Shown: positions 42,171 through 55,265 of the stretch, in pieces
Numbering within the stretch: the stretch's first letter is position 1
Layout of the letters: each line of letters opens with the position of its first letter
DNA from: Eledone cirrhosa
Taxonomy: Eukaryota
DNA: 64,000 bases
Direction of reading: 5' to 3'
NCBI GenBank assembly: GCA_964016885.1
Contig: OZ024745.1
Span: 67,022,001 to 67,086,000 of the forward strand
Position numbers and translations under genes: made by a program
Notes under the pieces: model-generated
Told to the model about the DNA's origin: nothing
Seen by the model: the letters and a program-made list of their open reading frames with translations, nothing else
Databases searched by the model: none

Positions 42171-42544
42171 GTTGGTGCTGATTTTGTGGTAGTCTGTTGT
42201 CTTTGAGCTACATAACTATTGAGCAATAACTATTCTTGCCTAAACGACATTTATACATATGGAGTGTATTTGTAAATTCCTACTTCTTGATTTAACAAGA
42301 TTAAATCAACATCAGATTATGAATATATTGATGTCGCCTTTTCTTTGAAGTTGTCAAATTATTTTAGCAGAAAATTGGAAGGTGATACAATTTATAGTAC
42401 AGTTAATATGTTCTTTATCTTCACCATTTTTAGAACATGTGCAGCGTATGACAAAGTAGTACTTTGAAATTTTGAAAATTTCTATGCTCAATCCATCTCT
42501 GAACGACAATCATTCCGATCATCTAGGCAAAGCTCATCCTGTCT

Positions 42545-42682
42545 TGTTTAGCTTTGCCTTTCCACCTTACTGGGTCGATAAGATAAAGTACCAGTAATGC
42601 ACTGAGGTCGATTTAATTGACTTTCCCTTTCCCCCTAATTGTTCGCATTGTGCCTAGTTCAGAAACCATTATTATTATTATC
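42545..42682 (+). mobile_element. SINE A-related 3' half with (ATT)n tail
   Basis: ctttgcctttccaccttactgggtcgataagataaagtaccag. Confidence 0.75.
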
Positions 42683-42699
42683 ATTTTTATTTTCTCTCA

Positions 42700-45600
42700 T
42701 TATTGTTTCTGAGATATATGCCGAGTGTCTTCCTGACACCTAGGGCAAATAAATCCACAGTGTGCATTGGTAAGCCAGTTAATACAGCACATTGATTATA
42801 ATTATTAAAAAAAAAACAGTATACATTTATACACATGCGCATATGTATATGTAAATACAAGGAGGGATATCAATCTTATAGTGCTCTTCTCAATACGTGT
42901 GCAGTACCATTCAAAACAATTATTTGCACCTCGTGCAGAGAGGGTAAACCAGGAATCATTCGCAAATATTGTTCTGTTCCTTTCTTGATCATTCCCAGTC
43001 TTCCTACAATTACTGGTATTGTAACGGCCTTGAGGTGCCACATTTTCTCAATTTCAATAAGCAGATCTTTAGATTTTCGTAGCTTGTCAAATTAGTTTGC
43101 CGTGATATTGTGATCACATGGGATGCTCATATCTATCAATAAACAGACCTTGTTATGTTGATCTTTTACAATGATGTCAGGTCTATTTGCTTTTATGGTC
43201 CTGTCAGTATGTACAGGAAAATCCCAGAGTATTGTTACTTTTTCTGCTTCAGTTACAGCCTCAGGGTGATGATTGTACCACTTGTCTCTAGCTTTGATTT
43301 TGTAATGCCGACATATTACCCAGTGTAAATATTGGTCAACTCTGTCATGTCTTTATTTGTATTCTACTGGTGCTAAAACTTTACATCCAGAGACTAAGTG
43401 ATCCACTGTTTCAACCTCAGCATTGCAGAATCGGCACTTTGGGTTTATTCCCTTTGTCATCACATTGGCCTGCTAATTACGAGTCAATAAGCTTTGATCT
43501 TGGGCAGCTAAGATGAACCTTCACAGTCCGCCTTTAGCCCTGAACTACGTAGCCACTGATGGGTGTGCTTTTGGTCAACATCAGCTTGTTTGCTACGGGC
43601 CACATATTTGCCATGCATAGGTTTCAGCTCCCAATTTGATGCTAATTGTCCTTGCCCTTTTGCTTTTGCCAGTGATTTTATGTGCCTAACATCATCAGTT
43701 GCACTGTCCAGCCTGGGTATCAAGCATGAGATCAGTAGCATATTTTTTGCTCTCCTTCAAGATAGAATGAAGCTTCTTACTTCTCTCATGCTTTTCAACA
43801 TGTTTCAGCATACAGTCGTTAGTTGTTTCAAGGTATTTGGCCAGTCCAATGATAGTGGTCTTGTAAGCAAGTTCAAATTGGATCAGGCCACGGCCTCCTT
43901 GAGTTCTAGGAAGGTAAAGACGATCCACATCTGCTTTTGGGTGGTGCATCCTATTACAGGTCAGCAGCTTTCGGACTTTGGTGTCGATTCTTTTGATTTC
44001 ACTCATGTTACAGTTCAACACACCGAAGCTATAAGTGACAACTGGGACTGCCAAGGAATTTATGGCTAGCACCTTGTTTCGAGCGTTTAGTTCTGATCTC
44101 AGAACTGCATGTACTCTCCTGTAACATTCTTTCCTTAACCTCTCTTTCATACTTGCATGCTGTATGCCAGAGCCCTCATTAATCCCTAACTATTTATAGG
44201 TTTGTTCCTGCTCAAGTTCCTTTATGATTCTTTCAGCATCCAATTCAACTGAGTCTGAGTTGACAAGCTTCCCCTTCTTGAAAGGCATCGCTAAACGTTT
44301 TTACTGTCCGCAAAAGGCATTCCAGTTCGTCATTATCTTTGCAATATAGCTTCAAATCATCCATATAAAATAGGTGGCTTATTCTTTTTGTTGTCAATTC
44401 TATAACCGTACCCTGTTCTATTAAGTCCGGATGTAAGGGGTATTAAAGCTATGCAGAAAAGCAAGGGTCAAAGTGAGTCACCCTGGAATATACCACAGTT
44501 GATGCTTATATTCCTAGAGCACCGTACCCCAGTGGAATGAGACAATTGGCGATTTGTGTTCCATAATGACATATTGTGTTTCAGGAAGTTTGAGATCACA
44601 GGTGAGATTTTAAAGATGTCCAGTGATTTCAGAATCCATGAGTGTGGTATCCTGTCAAAGGCTTTTTTATAATCGATCCATGCAGAACTTAGATTTCTGT
44701 GTTTATTATGACAGTTCTCAAGGATTATACGATTAATCAAAAGTTGATCTTTGCAAACATATGAACCTCGTCGGCACCCTTTTTGTTAAATGGGGAAAAG
44801 AGTATTCGCCTCCAAAAACACGTATGCTTTTTCCATGAGAATAGAGGTTAATAGTTTATAAGTGGTGGACAAGCAGGTTATGGGCCGATAGTTTTTTGGA
44901 TCTTTGGTTTTGTTGTTCTTTGGTAGAAGGTAGGTAATGCCACTTGCTATCCAATCAGGTGTATTTTGGGGATCTTTCATAATTCCATTAAACAGCTTGA
45001 CCAATATATTGTGAGTGCACGGGAGTGAGGAAAGCCAGAAATTTGGCACCCTGTCTCTACCAGGAGATTTCCATTTATGAGATTTATTGAGTGCTGTCCT
45101 TAAGTCCGCTATAGAGATGTCTTCCCACGCCTGTTCTTCTAAATTTGTGTAGGATTTTTCCCAGCGACTAATCTACATTAGCATTATATGTCTTCTCATC
45201 ACTCCAAATCTTACTCCAGAAGTTTTCAACTTCTTCTATGGACGGAGGGTCTTCAATAATTTTTTTTTCTTCCCTACTTCTCTATAAAATGACTTGGCAT
45301 TGGATGAGAACAACTTATTTTGCCTGTAGAAGATATTTCGCTTCTCGAATCTACGAATTCGTTGGGCTTTTACTTGAACTTTTTGTTTCAGAGATTCTTT
45401 TGTTGAAACTATTGCTTCTCTAGAAGACAGTCAATATTTTCTCTTTAGCTTTCTTACCTTCTTGGATCTTATATCATTTCCAGCGGTTAAAGATATTTCT
45501 CCTCTCATTACGTCAATCTCCTTTTCGATTCTACTCCTCCAAATTGGTTTACCTCGATGGTTCGACTTTTTTGTCTTTTTGGTGGTAAACAACTTGTTTC

Positions 45601-46567
45601 AATTACTCTAGCAGATGCATAAAAGATTTCCTTTAACTCAGTAAGATCAGGTTCTAGTTCTTCTATCATTTCTTTTGTCACAGAATTACCAATCATTATT
45701 TGTTTTCTATTTTGGATTGTATTTGGGAGTGTTTGAAGTGGTTCTCTATCATTTATACTAGAATGTCTTACTACTGCAAGCTCATTCAGTATTTTTTGCT
45801 TTAATTCCTTCATAGTCTCCCTGTGTTCTTCAGCAGATGTTTGGTTTTCAATTACTGTTTCTAAGTCCCTCTCCTGGCTATTTTCAGCGGGTTCAATAGG
45901 GCTTATCATTTCTACAAACCTATTTGTGATTTGGTCAGATGGAGGTCTTTCAGTAAAGACTTGTGACTGGCTACTATCTCCAGGAGATTCTTCCGTTCTT
46001 TCATCATTTATATTTATGTCATTCTCCACAGCCTACTTGATCGCAGATAGTTCAGTGTCTGTGAGTCTATTATTTCTGAAGATATACCTCCTTACATTTG
46101 CCAACTTATTTCCATCCATATCACGTCTGCTAGCTTGATTCCGAGTTTTCCAGATTTTGTAGGAGTTTAAAGTGTCTGTCTTGTGATGGCTTACCTAATG
46201 CATAGTAATATGCATATATTACTTCTTTATACTCTTCTCGGGTGCATTTCATCATTTTAGGTTTTTCTTTTTGATGAGGCTTGGGTGGTGGATCTGGTGG
46301 GTTCGAGTTGGGGCAATCCCCGATCATGTGACCATCCACGTCCATAATTGGAGAAGAGTTTGTGCCAGAGGAGGACTTTTCGATCTCAGGTTGGCACCTT
46401 CCTGAGGGACGCGCTTCCTGATTAACCATAGGAAAAGCGATTTGGTATTGTGTATTAATTTTTATTTGTTCATCTCGCAGTACATGCTTGCGTTACGGAT
46501 GGTATTGGACGTACATTGAAAGTTGCCCGGCTCTTTGGGTAGTGCATTTTCTGGCTGGCACTGAGAT
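42700..46567 (-). mobile_element. R4/Dong-clade LINE family 2, near full length, multiply frameshifted
   Basis: Fragments TREEYKEVIYAYY, NYRPITCLST, WIDYKKAFD, GIFQGDSL, HLFYMDDLK (about 44350-44380), HHPKADVDRLYLPR, zinc finger and RPDII endonuclease motif. Confidence 0.92.
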
Positions 46568-47016
46568 CATTATTACTAATATAACAGTATAGTTATGGTC
46601 ATTGTTGTTGTTGATTGGGGTGATATTGTTATGGTTGCAGCTGTAAGAGGTGTACGAGAATTTTCTCAAATGTTCTTGTGGTGTTGTTGGTGTTGGCAGG
46701 AAGATTAATGCTGGAGATGAGGTGCTTGGAGTCGTAGTGGGTAGGGTGACATTGTCGCTTATAGGAGTTGCTTCTCCGATGTTATTTTCTGTCTATTTTG
46801 AGTTTGAGGTATAAATGGGGTGCTAATATTCTTTTTTTTCTTCCCCTTTGTTTTGTCCTTTATGTGGGCTCCATACACATACATAAATATACACACGTCC
46901 ATACGTATACACGCGTATGTATATACACACATATATATACCCACAGATTAGACACTGAGAAGGGAGGTAGGTAGCAGTCAGTGATAGTAGTCTAAAAATA
47001 GATTGGGGATTTACTG

Positions 47017-47088
47017 GTGTGAATATGTGAGGAAGTGGTGTGAATATGTGAGGAAGTGGTGTGAATATGTGAGGAAGTGGTGTGAATG
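47017..47088. repeat. 21-bp tandem repeat, about 3.5 copies
   Basis: gtgtgaatatgtgaggaagtg. Confidence 0.9.
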
Positions 47089-47922
47089 TGGTGGTGGAAG
47101 AGAGAAGTGATCTTTCAACTGTTAATTTTCCTTTCAAAATCTGTAATTTAGCCACAATCGACCAAAATGATTGCATAATAATTAGTCGAATTTTCTATTA
47201 GACAGAACCTATCCCCCGAAATAAACAGTATGTTGTTTTCCGATCTATGTCTGTTTCTTTTCTTCAAAAAATAATATGTAATCAGCGACTGTAATGGGTA
47301 AATATATAAAAATATTTATGCAGTTATCACAATTAGTGTCAGATTATTTGTAGAGATAAGTGGTGAAATAATTTGTTGAATGTTCGTGTTAGGGAATACC
47401 AAATTAAACAAAACTTACTCCTCGAAATAAGCAACGTGTGTCGTCCAATCTACAACTGTTTCTCTTCTTCAAATAGTTTTTTCTTTAAGTTCAAAGAGCG
47501 AACGTCTTTATATCTGCATGATTGTTTTGTGTACATTTTTTGTTGTGTTTATAATACATGTATGTGTAATATAATCAATAGAGTTTGTTACTCACGTATA
47601 TCGTTTTTCTTTTTGTTTTGATTTAAAATTCTGAGTAGTGGTGCGGCTGATATTCAGTTTCGTTATTTCCACATGCTGTCCGTTATTTTAATGAAGAAAA
47701 CTATGTTATAAGGACGATCCGTGTACACAATTTATCTTGTGTAGGCTTCTTTGGCGTTCGTCCATCATGTTTCCACTTCGTTTTCTTACTGTTTTTATTA
47801 TTGTGTTGTCGATGGCATTGGATTTATTTCGAATCTTGTGGGGAGCCTCGTTATGCGCGTCCATGATGTTATTCAGCCCGCTTATTATTATTATTACTAT
47901 TATTATCATTATTATTATTATT

Positions 47923-50900
47923 ATAGTTGCATTTATCTTGCTTTATGTTCATACGAGTTATCACCAAGTCACAACCAGTGACCTCAAGAGACAACAAGGT
48001 CCGCCATGTTCAAGAAAGAACATACATACACACAGATGCATTTTTAGGTGTTTAGACTTGTGATGTAATTATATTGACAGAATCTTCTTTAGTATATGGG
48101 CAGTTCCCATTAGTACTATCTTTTGTATTTCTCCTATACGCGGGTTTCCTGGGATTTGCGATAAGTAATCATTAAACCCCTTAGGTATCACTCCTAGAGC
48201 GCCTACAACCACTGGTATTGTTTTAGTTCTCAATTTCCACATTTGTCCAATTTCTATCTCCAGGTCCTTATACTTGCTCAATGTTTTTATAGATACATTC
48301 TTGTCTATTGGGACGGACATATCAATTAGCAGGCATACCCTCTTTTTAAAGTCCTTCAGTATTATATCAGGTCTATTTGCATCTATTTTTTGGTCTGTTT
48401 GGATGCTAAAGTTCCACAAGATTGAAATGTGATCTTTTTCAAGTATGGGAGGTGGTTGATGCTCCCACCAATTCTTTTGATGGGGCAGGTCAAAATGCTT
48501 ACACATTATCCAATGTATGTATCGTGCAGCTCTGTCATGCCTGTTTAGGTATTCGGTTGGAGCTATAGGACTGCACATTGAAATTATAGTATCAATGGTC
48601 TCTGGTTGTTTTTTACATACACGGCATAATGGGTTGCATCCATTTTTTATTATGTTGGCTTGGTAATTTTTTGTTGGCAGACACTGATCTTGTGCTGATA
48701 TAATCAGTCCTTCAGTCTCCGATTTCAGTCCAGAGGATGCCAACATGGGTTAAAGTTTTGTCAACATCAGGATTGTTAGCTCTTTCTGGATATTTTCCAT
48801 ACAGTGGCTTTTCTTGCCATTTCTTAGCCAGTTTCTGTAGCAGTTCTTTCTTTGCAGTTACTTTTACCTGCTTCGCTTTTTCTGTTTTCCATTTCAGCAG
48901 TAAATGGGACTTCTGAAATGTGTAGTCCATTACTGTATCGTTGTGCATCTTTTGTAATGGAATATGATCTTTTGATGCTTTCGTGTTTCAAAACGAGTTT
49001 GATCATCCAATCATGTGATTCCCTTAGATATGTAGATAATCCAATTGTTGCAGTTTTCAACGCAATATCTAACTGGATTAACCCAATTCCTCCTTCTTTC
49101 CTAGGGAGATATATTCTATCTGTATCTGCCTTAGGGTGATGCATTCTGTGCACGGTTAAGAATTTTCTAATTTTTGTATTGAGCCTTGTTTCATTGAGCA
49201 TTTTACTTAATGGTATAAGTGCGATGCAGAATAAAAGCGGTGATAAAGAGTCACCCTGAAAAATTCCACAATTCATATTAACTTCTCCAGCTTCCAGTGA
49301 TTTTGTTTCACTATTCAAAAGGAGTGTCGTTTTCCATGTCTTCATGAATGACAAGAACCTCCTGACAACGGGAGATATTTTGAAAATCTCTAAACATTTT
49401 TCAATCGAACTGTGTGGCAAACTATCGAATGCTTTTTTTATAATCTATCCAAGCAATTGATAGATTTTTGTGTATATTATGACAATCTTCCAGTATCATT
49501 TTGTTAACCAGAAGCTGATCCTTACAGCCATATGAGCCTCGTTTACACCCTTTTTGCTCATTGGGAAATAGGTCATTTGTTATCAGGTGGTCATATGTAT
49601 ATTCAGTTAGGACTGATGTTAAAATGTTATGCATTGTGGTCAAGCAAGTTATCGGTCTGTAATTTTGGGGATTGTTTGTCTCATCATTCTTCGGCAGCAG
49701 GAATGTAATGCCGTTAACTAGCCATGATGGTATCTTTTCTGGCTCCTTACCTATTTCATTGTAAAGTTTGGCTAACAGCTCATGAGACTCTGTGAAGGCA
49801 TTTATCAAAACATTTGGTATTTGTCTTTTCCTGGGGATTTCCATTTGCTGGTTTTTCTAAGAGCCAAACGCAACTGTTCAACTGTTATATTTTCCCATAT
49901 TTGTTCCTCAAGGTGAGCTGTATCTTTCATTTGTCTGTCTATCCATGGGGCATGTATGTTATGAACTTTTTCTTCGGCCCAGATCTTTTCCCAGAATTCC
50001 TGCACTTCCTCCTTGGGTGGTATTGATTTAGCAGTTATTGTTGACTTGCCAATTTTTCTGTGGAAGTTTCTTTGGTTGTTTTTGAACATATTATTGTCCT
50101 GATAGAATCTAGATCGTTTTTCAAAGCACCTTATACGAGCAGCTTTGGCCGACAGTTTTTGTTTGATTATTTCTATCAGCATGTCTATGTCACTTGTTGA
50201 TTTTATACTGTATTTTCTTTTCAATTTTCTAAGTTTAGTTTGTTTAACATGTTCACCTACTTTGTAGTTTGTTAAAATTTCTATGTCAGATCGGAGAAGG
50301 TTTATTTGGCGATTGATGTTCTCTTGACAAGTAGATTTCTTGTAGGAATTCCTTTGTTATTTTCATTTTCACTCCACATAAGTGAGTGGTGACTTTAGCC
50401 GATGCATAATAGAGATGATTTAATTCAGAAATGTTTAGTGTGATGATAATGTTTTTGAGAACTATGTTAGTCTTGTGTATTATCTTTTTGTTCTGTTTGG
50501 AGTTCTGGAACTTAGGGAGGGCGTCTCGTTCCCCCATGTCAGATTCTTTCATTTTCATCCATTCGATCATAATTTCATCCTTCAAGTTGGCAAGTTCATT
50601 CTCATTCATTTTTTTATAATTTACGATCTCATTGTTTTCATTTTGAGTTTCATCTTGACCATGCACTCCCTCCACTTTTTCGATCCTTTCTTTAATTTGT
50701 TCTGTTGTCAGTGATTCCGCCCCAACACTGGGATTCGAAGTGTTACAATTTACCTCGTTTTACTGACACATGTTTAATTTTCCCTTCGCTGACTTTGTGC
50801 TAATAGCTTGATCTGATCAATTTCTATATCAGTTAGTAACTTTTTTTTAACAATATTTCTTCGTATATTGGCTAGTTTGTTACTGTCAATATAGCCTCTG

Positions 50901-51468
50901 TTTTCGGGATGTTTCTTTTTCCAGTTGATATATGTCTGTTCTGTATTCGATATATTTGATGGGTAGTACATGGCAGTGTAGAAAGCCTCAAGGACTTCTT
51001 TATTGTCTTCCCTTGACCATTTTTCTCTCTTTTTCTTTGGATTTCTTGGTGGTGAGCAAGGAGGGCCAACAGTAGGAGTATTACAGTTATGGGAGGTTTC
51101 CAGCCCCGAAGTGATGGGAAGGTTTGAACCATTAGCTGATTTTTCGACCCCAGTCTGGTTCCTCTCTGAGGGACGCGACCCTTTTTGACCCGGGTGACGG
51201 CCGATCCGGTATGAGATTTTATCATTTGACATTTACTTTATTTTGTCGCGTTTTATCCTTCACCGCCAAGGGGTAATCATTTCGTGTTACCACTTCTAGG
51301 ACGAGTGTCAACCAAGACTAGAGGGGTCGTGCTCCCCTAGAGACACGGCTATTCCCCGCCGGCCGCCATCCCGGTATTTCTTGGTCACGGGGTTTTCTTT
51401 TTTGTTGTTTTTTAAATTGTTATCATGAGTGGTTCCTTAATGTGAGCATTGCGTGGCTTAAGAATGAA
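47923..51468 (-). mobile_element. R4/Dong LINE family 1, both ends present, RT core deleted, frameshifted
   Basis: ORF start MSNDK at 51232; KWSREDNKEVLEAFY, KWKSPGKD, GIFQGDSLSP; deletion junction near 49185 removes the YxDD region; (TTA)n at 47882-47922 and 51470-51491. Confidence 0.92.
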
Positions 51469-51491
51469 ATTATTATTAATTATTAATTATT

Positions 51492-53060
51492 ACAACCAGT
51501 GACCTCAAGAGACAACAAGGTCCGCCATGTTCAAGAAAGAACATACATACTCACACATGCATCTTTAGTGTTTAGACTTGTGATGTACTTATATTGACAG
51601 AATCTTCCTTAGTATATGGGCAGTTCCCATTAGTACTATCTTTTGTATTTCTCCTATACGCGGGTTTCCTGGGATTTGCGATAAGTAATCATTAGACCCC
51701 TTAGGTATCATTCCCAGAGCGCCTACAACCACTAGTATTGTTTTAGTTCTCAATTTCCACATTTTTCCAATTTCTATCTCCAGGTCCTTATACTTGCTCA
51801 ATTTTTCAAATGTTTTTATAGATACATTCTTGTCTATTGGAACAGACATATCAATTAGCAGGCATACCCTCTTGTTAAAGTCCTTCAATATTATATCAGG
51901 TCTATTTGCATCTATTTTTCGGTCTGTTTGGATGCTAAAGTTCCACAAGATTGAGATGTGATCTTTTTCAAGTATGGGAGGTGGTTGATGCTTCCACCAA
52001 TTCTTTTGATGCGGCAGGTCAAAATGCTTACACATTATCCAATGTATGTATTGTGCAGCTCTGTCATACCTGTTTAGGTATTCAGTTGGAGCTATATAAC
52101 TGCACATTGAAATTATATGGTCAATGGTCTCTGGTTGTTTTTTGCATACACGGCATAATGGGCTGCATCCATTTTTTATTATGTTGGCTTGGTAATTTTT
52201 TGTTGGCAGACACTGATCTTGTGCTGATATAATCAGTCCTTCAGTCTCCGATTTCAGTCCAGAGGATGCCAACCACTGATGGGTTAAAGTTTTGTCAACA
52301 TCAGGATTGTTAGCTCGCTCTGGGTATTTTCCATACAGAGGCTTTTCTTGCCATTTCTTAGCTAGTTTCTGTAGCAGTTCTTTCTTTGCAGTTACCTGCT
52401 TTGCTTTTTCTGTGTTTTCCATTTCAGCAGTAAATGAGACTTCTGAAGTTTGTAGTCCATTACTGTATCTTTTTGCATCTTTTGTAATGGAATATGATCT
52501 TTTGATGCTTTCGTGTTTCAAAACGAGTTTGATCATCCAATCATGTGATTCCCTTAGATATGTAGATAATCCAATTGTTGCAGTTTTCAACGCAATGTCT
52601 AACTGGATTAACCCACGTCCTCCTTCTTTCCTAGGGAGATATATTCTATCTATATCTGCCTTAGGGTGATGCATTCTGTGCACGGTTAAGAATTTTCGAA
52701 TTTTTGTATCGAGCCTACGGATCTCTGTGCTTGACCAGTTGATGACATTGTAACTGAAGGTTACTACTGGTATGGCAAGCGTGTTTATGGCATCGATCCT
52801 ATTCCTTGCATTCAATTCCGTTCTTAAGATTGCTCTTACTCTGCGGTAACATTCCTTCCTTATCCTTTCCCTCATTGTCGAGTGCTTGATTCCGTCTCCT
52901 TCCCAAACACCTAGATATTTGTAAGTTTTTTCTTGATCAAGTTCTCTTATCACCTTCCCCCAATCAAGATTAATGTCAGAACTCTTCAGCAGCTTTCCTC
53001 TGGTGAACGTTGCTTTGGCGCATTTGTCTAGTCCAAACTCCATTTTAATGTCATCACTGA
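51492..53060 (-). mobile_element. R4/Dong LINE family 1, 5'-truncated copy
   Basis: Near-identical to 1373-2870; flanked by (TTA)n. Confidence 0.93.
51589..53043 (-). CDS. Uninterrupted 484-aa C-terminal part of the Dong ORF (RT thumb, CCHC finger, restriction-like endonuclease)
   Basis: MEFGLDKC, YKYLG, CRVC..ETIDHIISMC, RPDIILKD..LIDMSVP..KYKDL. Confidence 0.8.
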   Translation of the reverse strand: MEFGLDKCAKATFTRGKLLKSSDINLDWGKVIRELDQEKTYKYLGVWEGDGIKHSTMRERIRKECYRRVRAILRTELNARNRIDAINTLAIPVVTFSYNVINWSSTEIRRLDTKIRKFLTVHRMHHPKADIDRIYLPRKEGGRGLIQLDIALKTATIGLSTYLRESHDWMIKLVLKHESIKRSYSITKDAKRYSNGLQTSEVSFTAEMENTEKAKQVTAKKELLQKLAKKWQEKPLYGKYPERANNPDVDKTLTHQWLASSGLKSETEGLIISAQDQCLPTKNYQANIIKNGCSPLCRVCKKQPETIDHIISMCSYIAPTEYLNRYDRAAQYIHWIMCKHFDLPHQKNWWKHQPPPILEKDHISILWNFSIQTDRKIDANRPDIILKDFNKRVCLLIDMSVPIDKNVSIKTFEKLSKYKDLEIEIGKMWKLRTKTILVVVGALGMIPKGSNDYLSQIPGNPRIGEIQKIVLMGTAHILRKILSI

Positions 53061-53078
53061 ACTATTATTATTATTATT

Positions 53079-53201
53079 GTTGTTATTCCTTGAATCTCAG
53101 TCATTGATGTTGGTTAACTGGAAAGTCCGTTGGATTGAATATCAAGCCACTACCTGCAGCCTCAGATATTCAGGACGTATCGGAGGGTTCTTGCTGTTCC
53201 A

Positions 53202-53233
<32 letters not shown>

Positions 53234-53848
53234 TGTTATTGTTATTCCTTGAATCTCAGTCATTGATGTTGGTTAACTGGAAAGTCCGTTGGATTGAATA
53301 TCAAGCCACTACCTGCAGCCTCAGATATTCAGGACGTATCGGAGGGTTCTTGCCGTTCCAAGCAAGCATGCCTTTTGAAGCGTTCCAAAAAGCGTGAAGG
53401 GGCCGATTTTCTTTAACCATCCCTGGAAACCTTTGGAGATAGTCCCCAGTGCGCCTATGACAATCGGGATCACTTTGACTTCATGGCAGTTCCAAATCCT
53501 TTTCACCTCCCACTTTAGGTCCTGGTATCGGTTAATTTTCTCCCTCTCCTTCTCTTGCACTCTCGTGTCGAACGGGCAGGCCACATCCACAATCAGGCAC
53601 GATCTTTTTTCTTTGTCCACAACCACCAGGTCAGGTCTATTGTGTTCCAGTTTTTTGTCCGTCTGTATCCTAAAATCCCACAGCACCTTCACCTGACTGT
53701 TCTCCATCACCGCCTCTGGCCTATGCTCATACCATTTCTCAGAATGTGGTAGATTGTTTACTTTGCACAGGTGCCAGTGGATCACCCTGCCCATCACATC
53801 GTGTCTCCAGCCCTTATAGTGGGTCTGGGCTAGGTGTTTACACTCGGA

Positions 53849-53903
<55 letters not shown>

Positions 53904-54232
53904 GTTCTTTGAGTGTCAGTCATTGATGTTAGTTAACTGGAAAGTTTGTTGAAATGAATATCAAGCCACTACCTGCAGCCTCAGATATTCAGGACGTATC
54001 GGAGGGTTCTTGCTGTTCCCAGCAAGCATGCCTTTTGAAGCGTTCCAAAAAGCGTGGCTGTGCCAATTTTCTTTAACCATCCCTGGAAACTTTTTGAGAT
54101 AGTCCCTAGTGCGCCTATGACAATCGGGACCACTTTGACTTCATGGCAATTACAAATCCTTTTTACCTCCCACTTTAAGTCCTGGTATCGGTTAATTTTC
54201 TCCCTCTCCTTCTCTTGCACTCTTGTGTCGAA
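53079..54232 (-). mobile_element. Three stacked 3' fragments of R4/Dong family 3 separated by (TTA)n
   Basis: Fragments 53079-53201, 53237-53850 and 53904-54232; RPDLVVVD..IVDVACPFD..RYQDL. Confidence 0.88.
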
Positions 54233-55265
54233 TGCTGAACAAAAAGAAATGGATAGGAATACTAGGAAGCTATTGACTATCTACAACATGTACCACAAGA
54301 GGAGTGATGTCAATAGACTCTACTTAAGGAGATCTGAAGGTGGAAGAGGTCTTATCAGCATAGAGGACTGTGTTCAGATGGAGAAAAACAACCTACACAA
54401 ATACGTGACCGATAGTAAGGAGCCAATGCTCAGAATTGTACTGAAGGAGAGGACAATAGACCAAGGGATGTCCAAGGAGGAAATAACAACAAGGAGAAAG
54501 AGCAGCCTACATGAAAAATCCCTTCATAGTACCTTCTTTGTGAAAACTGAATTCAGTAATCCACAGACATGGAACTGGTTGAAAAGAGGAGACCTTAAAA
54601 AGGCTACAGAAGGAATGCTAATGGCTGCGCAAGAGCAGGCCCTCAAAACGAGGTGGCTGAAACACCATATTTAGAAGGAGGAGGCTAGCCAACTGTGCAG
54701 GATCTGTGGCGAGAGAGAGGCGACTGTGGCTCACATTGTATCCGAGTGTAAACACCTAGCCCAGACTCACTATAAAGGCTGGAGACATGATGTGATGGGC
54801 AGGGTGATCCACTGGCACCTATGCAAAGTAAACAATTTACCACATTCTGAGAAGTGGTATGAGCATAACCCAGAGTCGGTGATAGAAAACGATCAGGTGA
54901 AGGTGCTATGGGATTTGAGGATACAGACGGACATGAAACTGGAACATAATAGACCTGACCTGGTGGTTTTGGAAAAGGAAAACAGATCGTGCCTGATTGT
55001 GGATGTGGCCTGCCTATTCGACACGAGAGTGCAAGAGAATGAGAGGGAGAAAATTAACCGATACCAGGACTTAAAGTGGGAGGTAAAAAGGATTTGGAAC
55101 TGCCAAAACGTTTCCAGGGATGGTTAAAGAAAATTGGCCGCGCTCCGCTTTTTGGAATACTTCAAAAGGCAAGAACCCTCCGATACGTCCTGAATATCTG
55201 AGGCTGCAGGTAGTGGCTTGATATTCATTTCAACAAACTTTCCAGTTAACTAACATCAATGACTC
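54233..55265 (+). mobile_element. R4/Dong family 3 3' fragment in opposite orientation
   Basis: RLYLRRSEGGRGL, AAQEQAL, CRIC..ATVAHIVSEC, RPDLVV; 3' UTR to about 55265. Confidence 0.88.

Noticed and set aside
47017-47088. CRISPR-like repeats
   Set aside because: Contiguous tandem repeat with no spacers, in a eukaryotic context
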